This document shows, piece by piece, positions 24,309-36,924 of a stretch of DNA of 64,000 nt. The notes beneath the pieces were generated by a model. It searched no databases. It was given only the letters and a program-made list of their open reading frames with translations, and was not told the DNA's origin. A program made the translations under genes and the position numbers. Position 1 is the stretch's first letter. Each line of letters starts with the position of its first letter. The DNA is from Octopus sinensis (taxonomy: Eukaryota), in contig NC_042999.1 in assembly GCF_006345805.1 (NCBI RefSeq), forward strand, positions 105,090,001-105,154,000. The letters run 5' to 3'.

Positions 24309-26437
24309 TCTCTCTCTCTCTCTATATATATATATATTATATATATATATATATTATATATATATATTATATATATATATAATAATATTAGGGTAATAAG
24401 ACTTATGGTATTACCAGTGGTCTAGCGCAAAAACAATTAGTCAATAGACTATATATTAATCATTTAAAATATCGTGTACTTTAAAAATACATTAAGAGGG
24501 TTCCATCTTAGGGAAGTCTTGCGCTAGAAAGAGCAATAAACAACTCAAACCACTAGTTAGGGATAAATTCTAGAAGGGAATGAAAATTTAAAATATTTAC
24601 CATCTAATTTATTTCCTAGACCATGGTTTCTGACTTATTTCAGTAAAAAGGATTTGCCGGAAATAAGCTGCGTCTGCGCAGTGGATTTGAAAAGTTAGAA
24701 TATACAAACAATGAGGTTACATGCAGAATCGATCTCGTTGTGTGTATATTTAAAATCTAAAGGCTACTTACTGAGGAAAACTGGCCTCAGTTAAATCTTA
24801 TCAACTCTATATATAAATGAGAGTTTGTGTCTCACTCACTCATCTCTCTCTCTCTCACATGTATATACACATATACAAGCAAAAAAGACGTGTGCATGTC
24901 TATTTATATACGTATATAAGAAAGATAATCTGAGTGTGACAGAGAGAGAAAGAGAGAAAGAAAGAAAGCACGAGTGAGTGCCACTTACGGATACATGCAA
25001 AAAATACATACATGACAACACACACCTTCCCTCACTCGCTCACTCACTCACTCACTCACACACTCTCTCTCGCTCTCATTCACGCACACGCGCAAACATA
25101 TTTACACGTCCATTTCATATACACGTACATACATCTTTTACTTTCTCCACTCTAAAAAAATATAAACGAAAGAATGCCATAAGATAGCTTCCTTTGGCAC
25201 GCACACCCATACATAGACGCGTGCGCACACACACACACACTCTCTCCCTCTTTAGGTAAAATTTCAGTACGAATTATGTTATTTTTGCTGTATGCAGGCG
25301 CAAAATAACAGCTCAAATCCTACTGAAATTACCTTTTCCTATTCTGAAATTCGTGTTTGTGATAAGCGTATGTAAAAACCTGATCTTCGATACAAACTTA
25401 AAGGGAGGTTTTCCCAGAGATTCTGTAATTTACCTGTTGCTACAAGCACGTCCTAGGTGGCATTTGCACCCCCTCCCATGTTTTTCTTAAATTTCTTCTG
25501 ATTCCTGTTTTGGATACAGGAGATTAGGATTTCGCCCAAAAAACACGTTCTCTTTATTTTAATTTTCTCCCTCCCCACACCAATTTCTTTATGTTTTAAA
25601 ACTTTTTTCCAATTTTTTTTCTTGGTAATCCACGGAGAAAAACAGTGAGTACGAATCTGTACGAATTTTGTCTTCCTTTTTGTCTTAAAGAGATTCTAAA
25701 ATCCCCTTCCGAAACATCCACCCATTACTTCAGCTTTTTCAAAATGTTACAAACTCCCAATGTTTCACTTTTAGCTTTATGGAAAGCGGGGAAGTTTCTT
25801 CAGAAATAATGTTGTCTACCTGTTGTTTGTAATATGTCGCGTTTTCTGGTGGGGGTCAGGTACTTTTTGCGTGTGCTATTTCTGTACAATTCTTACGCAT
25901 GCATAAAACATTGGACAAAAGTGAAACATTGGGAGGTTTCAGCTTTTTGAAAGCAGGTAGATAATGGGTGGGTGAGGTGTGGGAAGAAGAGCTGAGAGTT
26001 TCTTTAAGAAAAATTAAACATTTTATAAAAAAAATTATATTTCCCAGATTCATAATCTCTGTATTTTTCTACATGAGTAAAGAAATGTTCGAAAAACAGT
26101 TACAAGTAGAAAAAAACTGCGGTGGGAACGGGGTACAAATTAAAATTTTGAAAATGTGGTTTCAGGGCAAAACGTATTAATTCCTATTTAAGAACAGAAA
26201 GCACTTTCATGCAAACCCATGCAAATTTTACCTTCCTCAGTTCACTTTTAAACAAACAATAACATCCATTACGCCAGTAATCAAGTTCACTATACATCAG
26301 CTCAGATGATTCTACTCATAAGAAAAGAACAAATAATACACTGTGGGTGTAGGTCATAACACCTGTACAACGCCAAGATGCATTGGTAGCGCGTGTACAC
26401 ACATATATACATATATACATAATACATACATACATAT

Positions 26438-26491
<54 letters not shown>

Positions 26492-26492
<1 letters not shown>

Positions 26493-26751
26493 AATGGCAT
26501 GGCATCATCTCTAAAAATAGTCAAGCAAATACTACTTCTATTCACAGGAATGTATATAAAGGACAACATTTAACCAGTCAACCACAGTTGAAACCAAAGA
26601 TCACAACTGTCCCCACCCACCATATGAACCTGAAGATTGCATAAATGCAAGAAAGTATACTAGTTCAATAAGAATGGACATTTAGTATTTCATTTGTTCA
26701 ATAAGAATACATAATTAATGCTTCATTTCTTTTTACTATATTATTGTATAT
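26492..26751 (+). mobile_element. inverted copy of the pseudo-LTR of the Neptune-like PLE (family A)
   Basis: Reverse complement of 27414-27673 with few mismatches. Confidence 0.88.
26625..26667 (+). ncRNA. minimal type I hammerhead ribozyme (family A)
   Basis: tgaac-CTGAAGA-ttgca(taaa)tgcaa-GAAA-gtatac-TA-gttca; palindromic stem III GTATAC. Confidence 0.9.
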
Positions 26752-27029
26752 ATTTAATTTACTGCACCAAATGTATATATATTTATATATATATATATAT
26801 ATATATACATATATATGTTGAAATAGAAAGATGGATTTTCTTGTAACAGATTATTCAAAGGTTTAACCGATACCTGGGTAGCAAAAGTCACAGCGGAAAA
26901 CAGCACGGTTGGAGATAAGACCATTTGGTGTTGCAACTGTGCGTTGGAGCGGATAATTGAAGTTTAATATTATTAGTGAATGGAATAAATGGAGTTGAAC
27001 GAAGATTGTACAGAATACCTTTTATTACA

Positions 27030-27109
27030 TTCTACACATGTTTCGAAGGCCACAAATTTCCAAATTCTGTTTAAATAAGGGTACCATATTGCGGCTTTCT
27101 CTTCAGGAA
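27030..27109 (-). ncRNA. hammerhead ribozyme (family B, inverted copy)
   Basis: Reverse complement of 27186-27265. Confidence 0.82.
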
Positions 27110-27185
27110 AAAAAACAGGAATTCCGTTGACAGGAATTGCTGTGCCTCTGTTTTGTTTTGTCCTGTCAACGGAATTCCTGTTTTT

Positions 27186-27265
27186 TTCCTGAAGAGAAAG
27201 CCGCAATATGGTACCCTTATTTAAACAGAATTTGGAAATTTGTGGCCTTCGAAACATGTGTAGAA
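27186..27265 (+). ncRNA. hammerhead ribozyme (family B)
   Basis: ttc-CTGAAGA-gaaagccgcaa...ttgtggccttc-GAAA-catgtg-TA-gaa. Confidence 0.82.
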
Positions 27266-27497
27266 TGTAATAAAAGGTATTCTGTACAATCTTCGTTCAA
27301 CTCCATTTATTCCATTCACTAATAATATATATATATATATATATATTACTCAGAGGAATTCCAACTCCATCTGTTTTCACGTTTTATTTATAATCGTCTA
27401 ATACTAATATAACATATACAATAATATAGTAAAAAGAAATGAAGCATTAATTATGTATACTTATTGAACAAATGAAATACTAAATGTCCATTCTTAT

Positions 27498-27540
27498 TGA
27501 ACTAGTATACTTTCTTGCATTTATGCAATCTTCAGGTTCA
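27498..27540 (-). ncRNA. minimal type I hammerhead ribozyme (family A, sense to the PLE ORF)
   Basis: Reverse complement of 26625-26667, lying downstream of the GIY-YIG ORF. Confidence 0.9.
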
Positions 27541-27774
27541 TATGGTGGGTGGGGACAGTTGTGATCTTTGGTTTCAACTGTGGCTGACTGGTTAAATGTT
27601 GTCCTTTATATACATTCCTGTGGATAGAAGTAGTAGTTGCTTGACTATTTTTAGAGATGATGCCATGCCATTTTTCATTGTTTATTTTTTGAAATGATGA
27701 CAAGTACTTTTTAGAGATTTTTATTTTTAGATATGGGGATAAGACTTTTAAACCTTAAATATGATTATATTTTT

Positions 27775-28405
27775 ATCTTTGTTTATTAAGCTTGGGTTTG
27801 AATTTATTAATAAAGTCCTTTCTCTCAGTTTTCTCTCGATTTCATTCGGATTGTATAGTTTATGAAATGGAAATATTATAAATATTTTCCGGCCACAAGT
27901 TGCTAGGTGGTTCTAAGCGGTATTTGGCCAACTTCTGGATTTTTAATTCCTTGTCGGTGCGCACGTGAGCGTTCTGATAGTGCATTGCCTGTCTGACCAG
28001 TATACAGTACTTCACAATTCGGGCATTTGGTGCAGTAAATTAAATTTCTGCTTTTACAGTTCATATTTGCGTTTGTGAATATTTTCCCCGCTTTTTTGTT
28101 CATATGTGTACCGGTATGAATTAATTGGCATGTACAACATCGGTTATCATTGCATTTAGACAAAGTGAATGGCTTTGTAAATAAATTTTTCAAGCTGTTA
28201 GGCTGTCTTTTACTGAGAGTTATAGTTTGGAATGTAATGATATCTCTTAATTCCTTACTTTGAGCAATGATTGGTAGGTTTGCTTTAGCGATATTGAAGA
28301 TGTTCTGGTGGCACGGATTGTCCGTCACTATAAATGGTATGATTTGTTCTTGTTTTCCTCTTCTTGTGTAGTCCTCAGTTGTGTGGGCATCTTCATAGCC
28401 CGCTG
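27775..28405 (-). pseudogene. frameshifted PLE GIY-YIG endonuclease region
   Basis: IIPFIVTDNP..SKRQPNSLKNLF..KCNDNRCCTC..NMNCKSRNLIYCTKCPNCEVLYTGQTGNALSERSRAHR, then after frameshifts HLATC..FIIFPFHKL..FINKFKPKLN. Confidence 0.85.
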
Positions 28406-30553
28406 ACTACTATTTTCTATAAGTAGTGACAGGTATTTTTGTTTGAGTAGAAATTCTTTCAGTTCCATATAGAGTTGGTGTTGTTGGCGATATGGTCACT
28501 GTTGCAGGTGGTCTATGTATTGTTATATTTGTTAGTCTTATTTCTACTATTGGTGCTGTTGCCGTAGTTCCTCGATCGTGCTGCAATCGCTTTTGCTGTG
28601 GCTGCATACTGTTGTTTCCCTCTTCCGCTGTGGACATGATCCGAAACTAGACATGACCCGCAACAAAATCGTTTCCTTTCCATATGTCCCTTAGATAAGG
28701 TTTGGCTTTATCTGAAGGTATTAAGTCTAATTTATGTCGTTCCACTGATAATCATCTATAATAAATGTTTTCGTTTTCTGTATGATATAAAACATCTTAC
28801 AGAATATTGAACATAACTTTTCATCTGTTCTAATCCATTCATTTATAAATCTATTATATGCAGATATCAGTTTGTGTCTGTGTGTATGAAGGCTCGTATT
28901 TGAAGACGTAGAAATGCGTTTGTCTTATTGTATTGTGATTGTGATTGTGTGTTCGCTGCGTGCCGCTTCTTCATATTGAACTGGTAGCAACTAGGTAGGT
29001 GAAGATCCGTGTGTACGTGAGAGTTAATGTGTTGTGTGTATATAATTATTCAAAATGCGTGCACATGTGTGATTGCGATTGCATGTGAGGGTAATTGTGA
29101 ATGCCTTTTACATTACGTGCCTATGTGAGCGTATATGTATGTCGACACAAAAAGTATTTTTTCGTACTGTAATGTGAGAGTGTGTTCATGGATATTATAT
29201 GAATATTGCCTTGCACCATGTTTAATGCCGCTAATATTTTCTTGTGTAATGACAATTTGTGTATGAGCATGCAAGTGTGTGTATTTAAAAGGATATATTT
29301 TACAATACTTAAAGCAAAATACACCACTGAAGCGATTGAAACGTATACGATTTGAGAACTGGTAAATAATTTTATAATACAAACACAATGTACTGGGGTT
29401 CATCTTTTCCCGTGAAATCAGTTTAAAGGTTATGTATATGCGGTGATGCTATAAAAGGTAACATTTGATATTACTGACATAGTGTTTTGCAGAATAAGTT
29501 AAGAAGTCTAGCACTCTTAAATCTTAGGTTATAAAAAAATTGTAGGTGACGCCTGCGGTATATTTTTTGGAAAAGCGAGTGCCAGAATAATGTCTTGTAA
29601 ACGAGAAATATAGCTTTCCAGTTTTATAAAAGCAGCCCTAAGTGTTTGATAATTTTTAAGTAACAAAATTTCCCAGATATCTTATTTTGCTTACTTTTCC
29701 TCGCAATATCTCTTTAGCTTAGTTTAATCAATTATATTATAGATGATTTCAATTTCCAATCGATATTATTTCCTCCTTTGTTAAAGAATCCAACAATCAT
29801 TGTGGGAAGTCTTTCTAATAATTGAATATTTCATTCTTCCGATGAAGTTTTATAGTCTTTCATACATTTATCTTTGCAGTAAGAAATCTAGTTTAGGAAC
29901 GAAGATTAATGACTGCTGAATCAATAGATTACAGCGCAAATATCTTAGTACAGAATTCTTAGACAAAAGTAGAAAATTATAATCAGTGACCTGATTCTGC
30001 TTCAATGCACTTTATTATGAAATAATGTGTGAAGGATACAGAACATTACCTCCTTGTATATTATTTGGCGAAATTCCAGAAAATTCCCGAAGTTTCCAAA
30101 AATATTATCAATTTAAAATTCTTATCATAGTAAATAGCCTTATCGCTTTTAATGCTATATTTAACACCGAATTTAAATTAACATACGAAATATATGTATA
30201 TACATATACATACACACATACATACATACATAAATACATATATACATACATACATTCATACATATATATATATAAATAACGAGAGAGGTAAGTAAGAGAA
30301 ATCATTTATTATATATTCCCAATAAACAACAACGAAATCAATAATAATTATTAACATTTTATTATTTTAAATGAAAAGAATAACATATTAAGAAAATCTT
30401 AAAAAAAATATATGATTTCTAAAATATTCATTCCCAATGAAAGTTATTGGAAAAAATTACACATAACTGGGTCTACATATATACTACAAATAGATACATG
30501 CATATGCATACATATACCCCCCAGCTCACACAAATGTGCACGGTCATATATAT

Positions 30554-30606
<53 letters not shown>

Positions 30607-30980
30607 TATATTTGAAATACAAATAGGGAAGTAGATAGAGTGGGAGAGACATGGAAAGAGGGAGAGAAGAGAGAGAGAGAGAAAAATGATGAGGTTATAT
30701 CGTGTTCCTCTCAGTTATACGCTGTTAATATCTAAAATAATTCTCCCACTAAAATTATGTAGTGCATTAATTATTCATATAACGTGTGTCTTAATAATTT
30801 AAAAGATATATGGATGGAAAATCCTTTTTGTTAATGAAAGATTATAAAATGCTTCATGCCCACACACACAGATGCAGCCACACAGACTGACTCACAGTAA
30901 CACATAGGCACGCATATCATGTATGTGTGGGTCGAACCTGCGTTATACGTAAAGCTCCCAAATTGCAAACATACCTCCAT

Positions 30981-31024
<44 letters not shown>

Positions 31025-31879
31025 TAGGGACCAGATTAGGGAAATAGTTAAGTGACAGTTGATGGTAGTTCTAGTTTTCCCTGAAGAAAATACAATCAGT
31101 AGTATTCAGTGAAGAGTTATCAATAGAAAGAAATAGATTGGAGGGAGAAGTGGTTAGCAAAGTAGAAGTGTCAGTTAATAAAGACATCATAACAAGACAT
31201 GTTAGCAGCATGAATGGCACCAAACCATTTTTTCAAGGTGAATCATGAAGGTTTTGTTTTCAGAGCTAAGGCCTCTGCACTCAAACACCAAGGAACTAAA
31301 ACCATCCGATGGGTCTGAACAGTGGAGACATGACATGACAACAAAACCACAATCAGTCTACGATACGCCAGGATGGCACATGCTACTCAGTTCCGAGATA
31401 TGTGTGGCCTCCAGAAGCACTTCACATGACTGCTTGAGTTGGACAAAGCGTCAATAACAGCTGCGTACTTTATTTTGTACCTGGACAGCCTGCCTCAGCA
31501 CTCAGCAGCAGACACAAGGTTCTACAAAAATCTGTGGAAATAGGGAAGGCAATGAACTATTGGATGGTATGCCCTATGAATTCTATGAGTTCATGTCAGA
31601 TTTGTTTGGCAGCCTCGTGACACACATATGTGTATATTTCTGCATGTGTGTGTGTTTGTGTTTACCGCCAGTCCCCAAAAAAAGAACCGTTGCCAAACCA
31701 GGGTGACTGGATAGTCAGCCATAGATATTCAGCACACACTGTACGCTTTGTCGATGGAGTCGATACTTTATGAGAGAGCTTTGTCTGATCAAAGAACCTA
31801 AGGAACTCTTCAACCACTTCCGTTTTGAAAGATTAACCAAGTATGGAATGCCATCAAAGACAACTTACGAATGTTTAGG

Positions 31880-32255
31880 TGCAGACATGACTGGTTGGTT
31901 AAGGAGTCTGCTTCTCGGCCGGATGGTTTTGGGTTCAGTACCACTGCCCAGCAACTTGGGCAAGTGTCTTGTACTATAGCCCAGGTTGATTAATGCCTAA
32001 CAGTTTGAATATGGTTGGTAGAAACTGTGTGGAAGCCTGTCATGTGTGTGTGTATCTTTGTGCATATTTTCATCACCACTTGACAACTGATGGTGTTTTA
32101 TTTACAACCATGTAACTTCGCTGTTCAGCAAAAGAGAATGACAGAATAGGTACAAGGTTTTAAAAATAGATACTCGGGTTGATTTGTTTAACTAAACCCG
32201 TCAAGGTAGTGCCCCACTATGGTCACAGTCACAACTGAAGCATGTAAAAGATAAA
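31880..32255 (+). mobile_element. tRNA-derived SINE with internal (TG)n
   Basis: Homologous to the 8716 and 53508 copies. Confidence 0.75.
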
Positions 32256-32542
32256 TTAAGAGTGAAAACCCTGACTCCTACCCTTGTGAAGCTTAATGCC
32301 ACATTTCCTACTTTGAATAACCAGCTACATAGTGTGATATCCAGATAGAGTGACTGGTGTCTGTCATATCCTTGATGTGGAACATGATTCTTTCTTAAAG
32401 AAGGTTCACATACCACCTCCTCCTCTCGCATATAGGAGGTGCACTGACTGGAAGGTTAAACTGCTTCGCTACTGACCCTACAGCAACAAGTTCAAGTCTT
32501 TGCTGTTAGCTAGTGATTCTTTTTTTATGGTTTTCATCATAA

Positions 32543-32900
32543 TTTAATATCCGTTTTTCATGCTGGCATGGGCTGGACGGTTTGACAGGAGCTGGCAAGG
32601 CAGAGAGATGTACCATGCTTCACTGTCTGTTTTCGTATGGCCTTTAAAGCTGGATGCTCTTCCTAATGCCAAACAACTTACAGAATGGACAGAATGCTTT
32701 TTATGTGGTACTAATACTGACATGATTTTTACAGCCGTATGCTCTTCCTAATGCCAACCACTTTACAGTGTGGACTTTTTCCTTTTTACAAGGCACAAGC
32801 ACTGGTGGGGTCACCAGGTAACTTGCAAGACAAAGATCCTTTGTGAAGAGGGAGTCGGAGGAGGTGGCCTTGAGCCAGGTGATGAGAGGTTAGAGTGTGA
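32543..32900. repeat. interspersed repeat with internally duplicated gctcttcctaatgccaa..ctt.acag module
   Basis: The module occurs at ~32655 and ~32740. It resembles an RTE-associated 3' end (inference). Confidence 0.45.
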
Positions 32901-33399
32901 CAGACACATGCATGAGTACACACTCACACACACACAGATGCAAGTACGCAGACACATGCACCGATAAACATACACACATACACAGATAAACATATACACA
33001 CAGACACAAACATACGCACACGCATGCTCACACTAACACATACACACAAACACACACTCAGAGAAATAATCACGTACACATACGCAACAGAGTTTTAGGC
33101 AGTTATGGCTTCATAGCAACTGTGGTGTAACCGATGCGTGATTATTACTAATGGAAAAGTGTACAAGAACATGTGTGTATGTATTGTACGTATATCTGTA
33201 AATATGTATGTGTGCAACTGTGCGTGTTTATGCAGTGAAGCATTTGTATGTAAAATGTACATGTGTGTGTGTGTGTATGTGTGCGTGCATACGCAACGTC
33301 TAAATACATGTGTTATGAATTAATGCATTATATTTTCCTTCTAGTGGTCATGATGTTCAAAACTATTCTTTTATGAAATCATTTGTCTATTGGTAAAGA

Positions 33400-33470
<71 letters not shown>

Positions 33471-33790
33471 GTGTATCCATACATACATACATATACATAT
33501 ATACATGTATATACATACATACATACACATATATATATATTTATATATATATATATATATAATATATATTAGAAATATTGAATTTCTAAATGTCTCAAAG
33601 AGACATGAGCGGTGGTGGAGCGATAAAGAGGTTGTATATTGTCAACATAACGTAACAGTCCCGTAACGGAATTACACCAACGCTTATTTAGCCCTAGGAA
33701 GCATCGACGCTTCCTGTCGGCTTTGACACATTTCCTGTGTCCTTATATTTGCGAAGGGGAGGCAAGCACTGCCACCAACTAGGATTCACA

Positions 33791-33836
33791 CCTGAAGAAA
33801 TGCATATTACTGGGTCTTACCCCTCATCAGTCCAGG
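33791..33836 (-). ncRNA. hammerhead-like motif with GUAA in place of GAAA (family G)
   Basis: cctgga-CTGATGA-ggggtaagaccca-GTAA-tatgcatt-TC-ttcagg. Confidence 0.6.
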
Positions 33837-33855
33837 ATAGCGATTCCTGCTAGTT

Positions 33856-34926
33856 AAAATCATTATTATAGGCACAATGGCCTGAATGAAGAAGGGACAT
33901 AACAATACTATACAGGATATGGGGTACATATAACAAAAATACAGAAAGGATGATATGAAACGAAATATTAATAATGAATTGAATGAAATTGCTTACGAGC
34001 CCCCCAAAGCTCGCAGTTTCATTTACAATTACTGTTATGCTATCTGGGGTGTTCGTCGGTAACGTAAACGAGTAATTCATCCTGTTCTATAACGCCGGGC
34101 AAACTGTCATATCGAACGTACTGCGCTATGTACACAGCTGTAGACTCTCAGTCGTGTCTCATCGGGAAACACCAACTCCTCTGGGTTGTTGTACAAATCT
34201 GGCATGGTTATGTGGATTAGGGTTTCCACCGCATAACCCCACCAGTTTACTTCATTCGACTTTTCCACCTTGAGTATGTCCACGCCCTCTTTGCAGTTGT
34301 AAATGATTGAAGCTACTATTCTTTCGGTGTCAAGTTCCAGTGGAATTTTGCTTATTCGTACCCGCACCACTCTTCTTCCACAATAATTAGGAAGTAATAC
34401 CCATTTTTCTGATCTCAACGCTGTCGTTGCATTCCTTTTTGCTTCAAGTTGATTTTCGAAGCGAACTTCTACTGTTGCGTATTTTCTACCTCTATTGTAG
34501 AAGGTAGTTCTTCCTTTTATTTCTTGTAAACATTTTTCAATCTCTTCTACTTCTGCCACTTCTATTCTTTTTGAGACCACATTCGATGTTCTGTATGTCA
34601 TGGTTTTTTTCTCTGCTTCTGTTTTTACTTCGTCTTCAGGTGGTGTAACTCTCAGACAGTCTCCTTCCTTTTTGAAGCTGTTATATTATTTCCTCAGATT
34701 TTCTTTCTCAATAATAATTTCTTTTAACTGTAATGCTTCCGCAGACTGGCTTTTTGCCTGCTACTTTCGCATAAGTTTGGGCTTGCATACCCAACAAAGA
34801 ATTCAACAATTATAACGTTCAACACGACGCGATAGTTTTCAACAACAATAATCAGCAAAATCCAACTCACAACCGCAAATCCGAAAAACCGACACAAGCG
34901 CTTCCGCGCGATGTTACCATCTACAA
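33856..34926 (-). mobile_element. ORF1/gag-only non-autonomous retroelement, copy 1 (internally deleted)
   Basis: Homologous to 34945-36608 but lacking ~35235-35875. Bounded by 18-bp direct repeats at 33838-33855 and 34927-34944. Confidence 0.85.
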
Positions 34927-34944
34927 TGGCGATTCCTGCTAGTT

Positions 34945-36608
34945 AAAATCTTTATTATAGGCACAATGGCCTGAATGAAGAAGGGACATAACAATACAAT
35001 ACAGGACATGGGGTACATATAACAAAAATACAGAAAGGATGATATGAAACGACATATTAATAATGAATTAAATGAAATGGCTTACGAGCCCCCCCCCCCC
35101 AAAGCTCGTAGTTTCATTTACAATTACAGTTGTACTATCTGGGGTGTTCGTCAGTAATGTAAACGAGTAATTTATCCTGTTCCATAACGCCGGGCAAACT
35201 GTCATAACGAACGTACTGCGCTATGCACACACCTGTATTTGAAAACAAACATAATTAATTTATTTACCGTCTCTTTATCCACAATTGCAGCCTTTATTTG
35301 GTTATTGTTATCTTCGGGTTCAATTTCACTCTCGTTAGATTTTTCATTATCGCTAATTTTTTCTCAATTTCTTTATCTTTTTTGTACAACATTACACCTT
35401 TGAGATTCCTTCCTTTTGGTCTTCCTCCTTCCTTGCATGTTTTCAGACACTCTTCCACTTTTGTTGACCATTTTTCCGTTTCATCCAACGTTGAACCTTC
35501 ACTCACTTTAGTTGTTGTATCTCTCCCTCCGTGCGTTCGATCCTCTGTTTCGTCAGCAGACTTCTTTTTAGTATCTTCCCTTTTTTTGGTCTTTGGGTGG
35601 TGATTCCACCCGTGTTCGCTTTCTATCCTCTTTTTCTTCTGTTCTTTCCTTTTCTTTCTCCTTCACTAACTCGTCGCCACATTCCACATTATCTGTTGTC
35701 ACGATTTTCTCTTCCGCTTGCAATTCCACATTCTCCTTTTCTAACTCCTCTGTCAAAGCCTCCATTCCTTCCTCCAGTGTTATCGTCTTCTCTTGTATTT
35801 CTCTTTGAGAACACACATCCTTCATGTGCCCTCTGCTCTTACATTTATAACACACTGGAGGTCTCCCCTCCACCACGACTCTCAGTCGTGTCTCGTCGGG
35901 AAACACCAACTCGTCCGGGATGTTATACAATTCTGGCATGGTTATGTGGATTAGGATTTCCACCGCATAACCCCACCAGTTTATTCCATTCGACTTTTCC
36001 ACCTTAAGTATGTCCACGCTCTCTTTGCAATTGTAGATTATTGCATCTACTATTCTTTCGGTATCAAGTTCCTGTGGGATTTTGCTTATTCGTATCCTCA
36101 GTGCTCTTTTTCCACACTAACTAGGAAGTAAAATCCATTTTGCGTTCCCCTTCGCTTCGTCTTCATTTTCAAGACGAACGTCTACCGTAGCGTATTTTCT
36201 ACCTCTATTGTAGAAGGTAGTTCTTCCTTTAATTTCTTGTAGTCAATTCTCAATCTCTTCAACCTCTGATACTTCTATTCTCTTTGAGACTACATTCCAT
36301 GTTCTGTATGTTATGATTTTTGTCTCCGCTTCTTTCACTTCGTCTTCAGGTGGTGTAACCCTCAGACAGTCTCCTTCCTTCTTGAAGCTGTCGTAATATT
36401 TCCTCAAATTTTCCTTCTCGACATTTATTTCTTCCTACTGTAATTCGTTCGCAGGCAGGCCTCTGCCTGCTGCTCCCGCATCAGTTTGGGCTTGCATACC
36501 CAACAAAAATCCAACAATTCAACACGACGCAACAATTCTCAACAACAGCAATCAACAAATCCAAGTCACAACCGCAAATCCGACAAACCGACACAAACGT
36601 TTTCAAAG
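34945..36608 (-). mobile_element. ORF1/gag-only non-autonomous retroelement, copy 2 (1664 bp)
   Basis: Short 5'UTR, a single ORF1-like frame and a ~350-nt 3'UTR with AATAAA at its end. Bounded by repeats at 34927-34944 and 36609-36626. Confidence 0.85.
35294..36497 (-). pseudogene. L1/Tx1-type ORF1 (gag-like) protein with CCHC zinc knuckle, ~400 codons, disrupted
   Basis: MQAQT..YATVDVR..RIRISKIPQELD..RLRVVVEGRPPVCYKCKSRGHMKDVC followed by an E/K-rich tail. Several in-frame stops and a frameshift near 35580. Confidence 0.75.
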
Positions 36609-36878
36609 TAGCGAGTCGTGCTAGTTGAGATGCCTGCCCACCCCTCGCAGATATATATATTTACAGTGAAATCTATTCACTGGTCACCGTAATTAGAAAT
36701 ATTGAATTTCTAAATGTCTCAAAGACACATGAGCGGTGGTGGAGTGATAGAGAGGGTGTATACTGTCAACATAACGTGACAGTCCCGTAAGGGAATTACA
36801 CCACTGCTTATTTATTTCACTGTAAATATATATATTTGCGAAGGCTGGGCAGGCATCTCAACTAGCAGGAATCGCTAT

Positions 36879-36924
36879 CCTGGACTGATGACCGGTAAGG
36901 CCCAGCAACATGCATGTCTTCAGG
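36879..36924 (+). ncRNA. hammerhead-like motif with GCAA in place of GAAA (family G, inverted copy)
   Basis: cctgga-CTGATGA-ccggtaaggccca-GCAA-catgcatg-TC-ttcagg; perfect palindromic stem III and GUC triplet. Confidence 0.62.

Larger units (their letters stand above)
26817..27329. mobile_element. family B element as near-perfect head-to-head palindrome
   Basis: Arms 26967-27135 and 27161-27329, 25-nt spacer, (TA)n on both sides. Confidence 0.88.
27347..28640 (-). mobile_element. Neptune-like Penelope-like element, decayed, RT domain not visible
   Basis: Endonuclease remnant followed by an HHR-containing 3' region that ends in (TA)n at ~27346. The 5' boundary is approximate. Confidence 0.82.

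Noticed and set aside
25330-26240. Possible non-autonomous DNA transposon
   Set aside because: The composition is suggestive but I could not define TIRs, a TSD or a second copy in the window.
35531-36007. 158-aa plus-strand ORF
   Set aside because: Antisense shadow of the gag-like frame on the minus strand.
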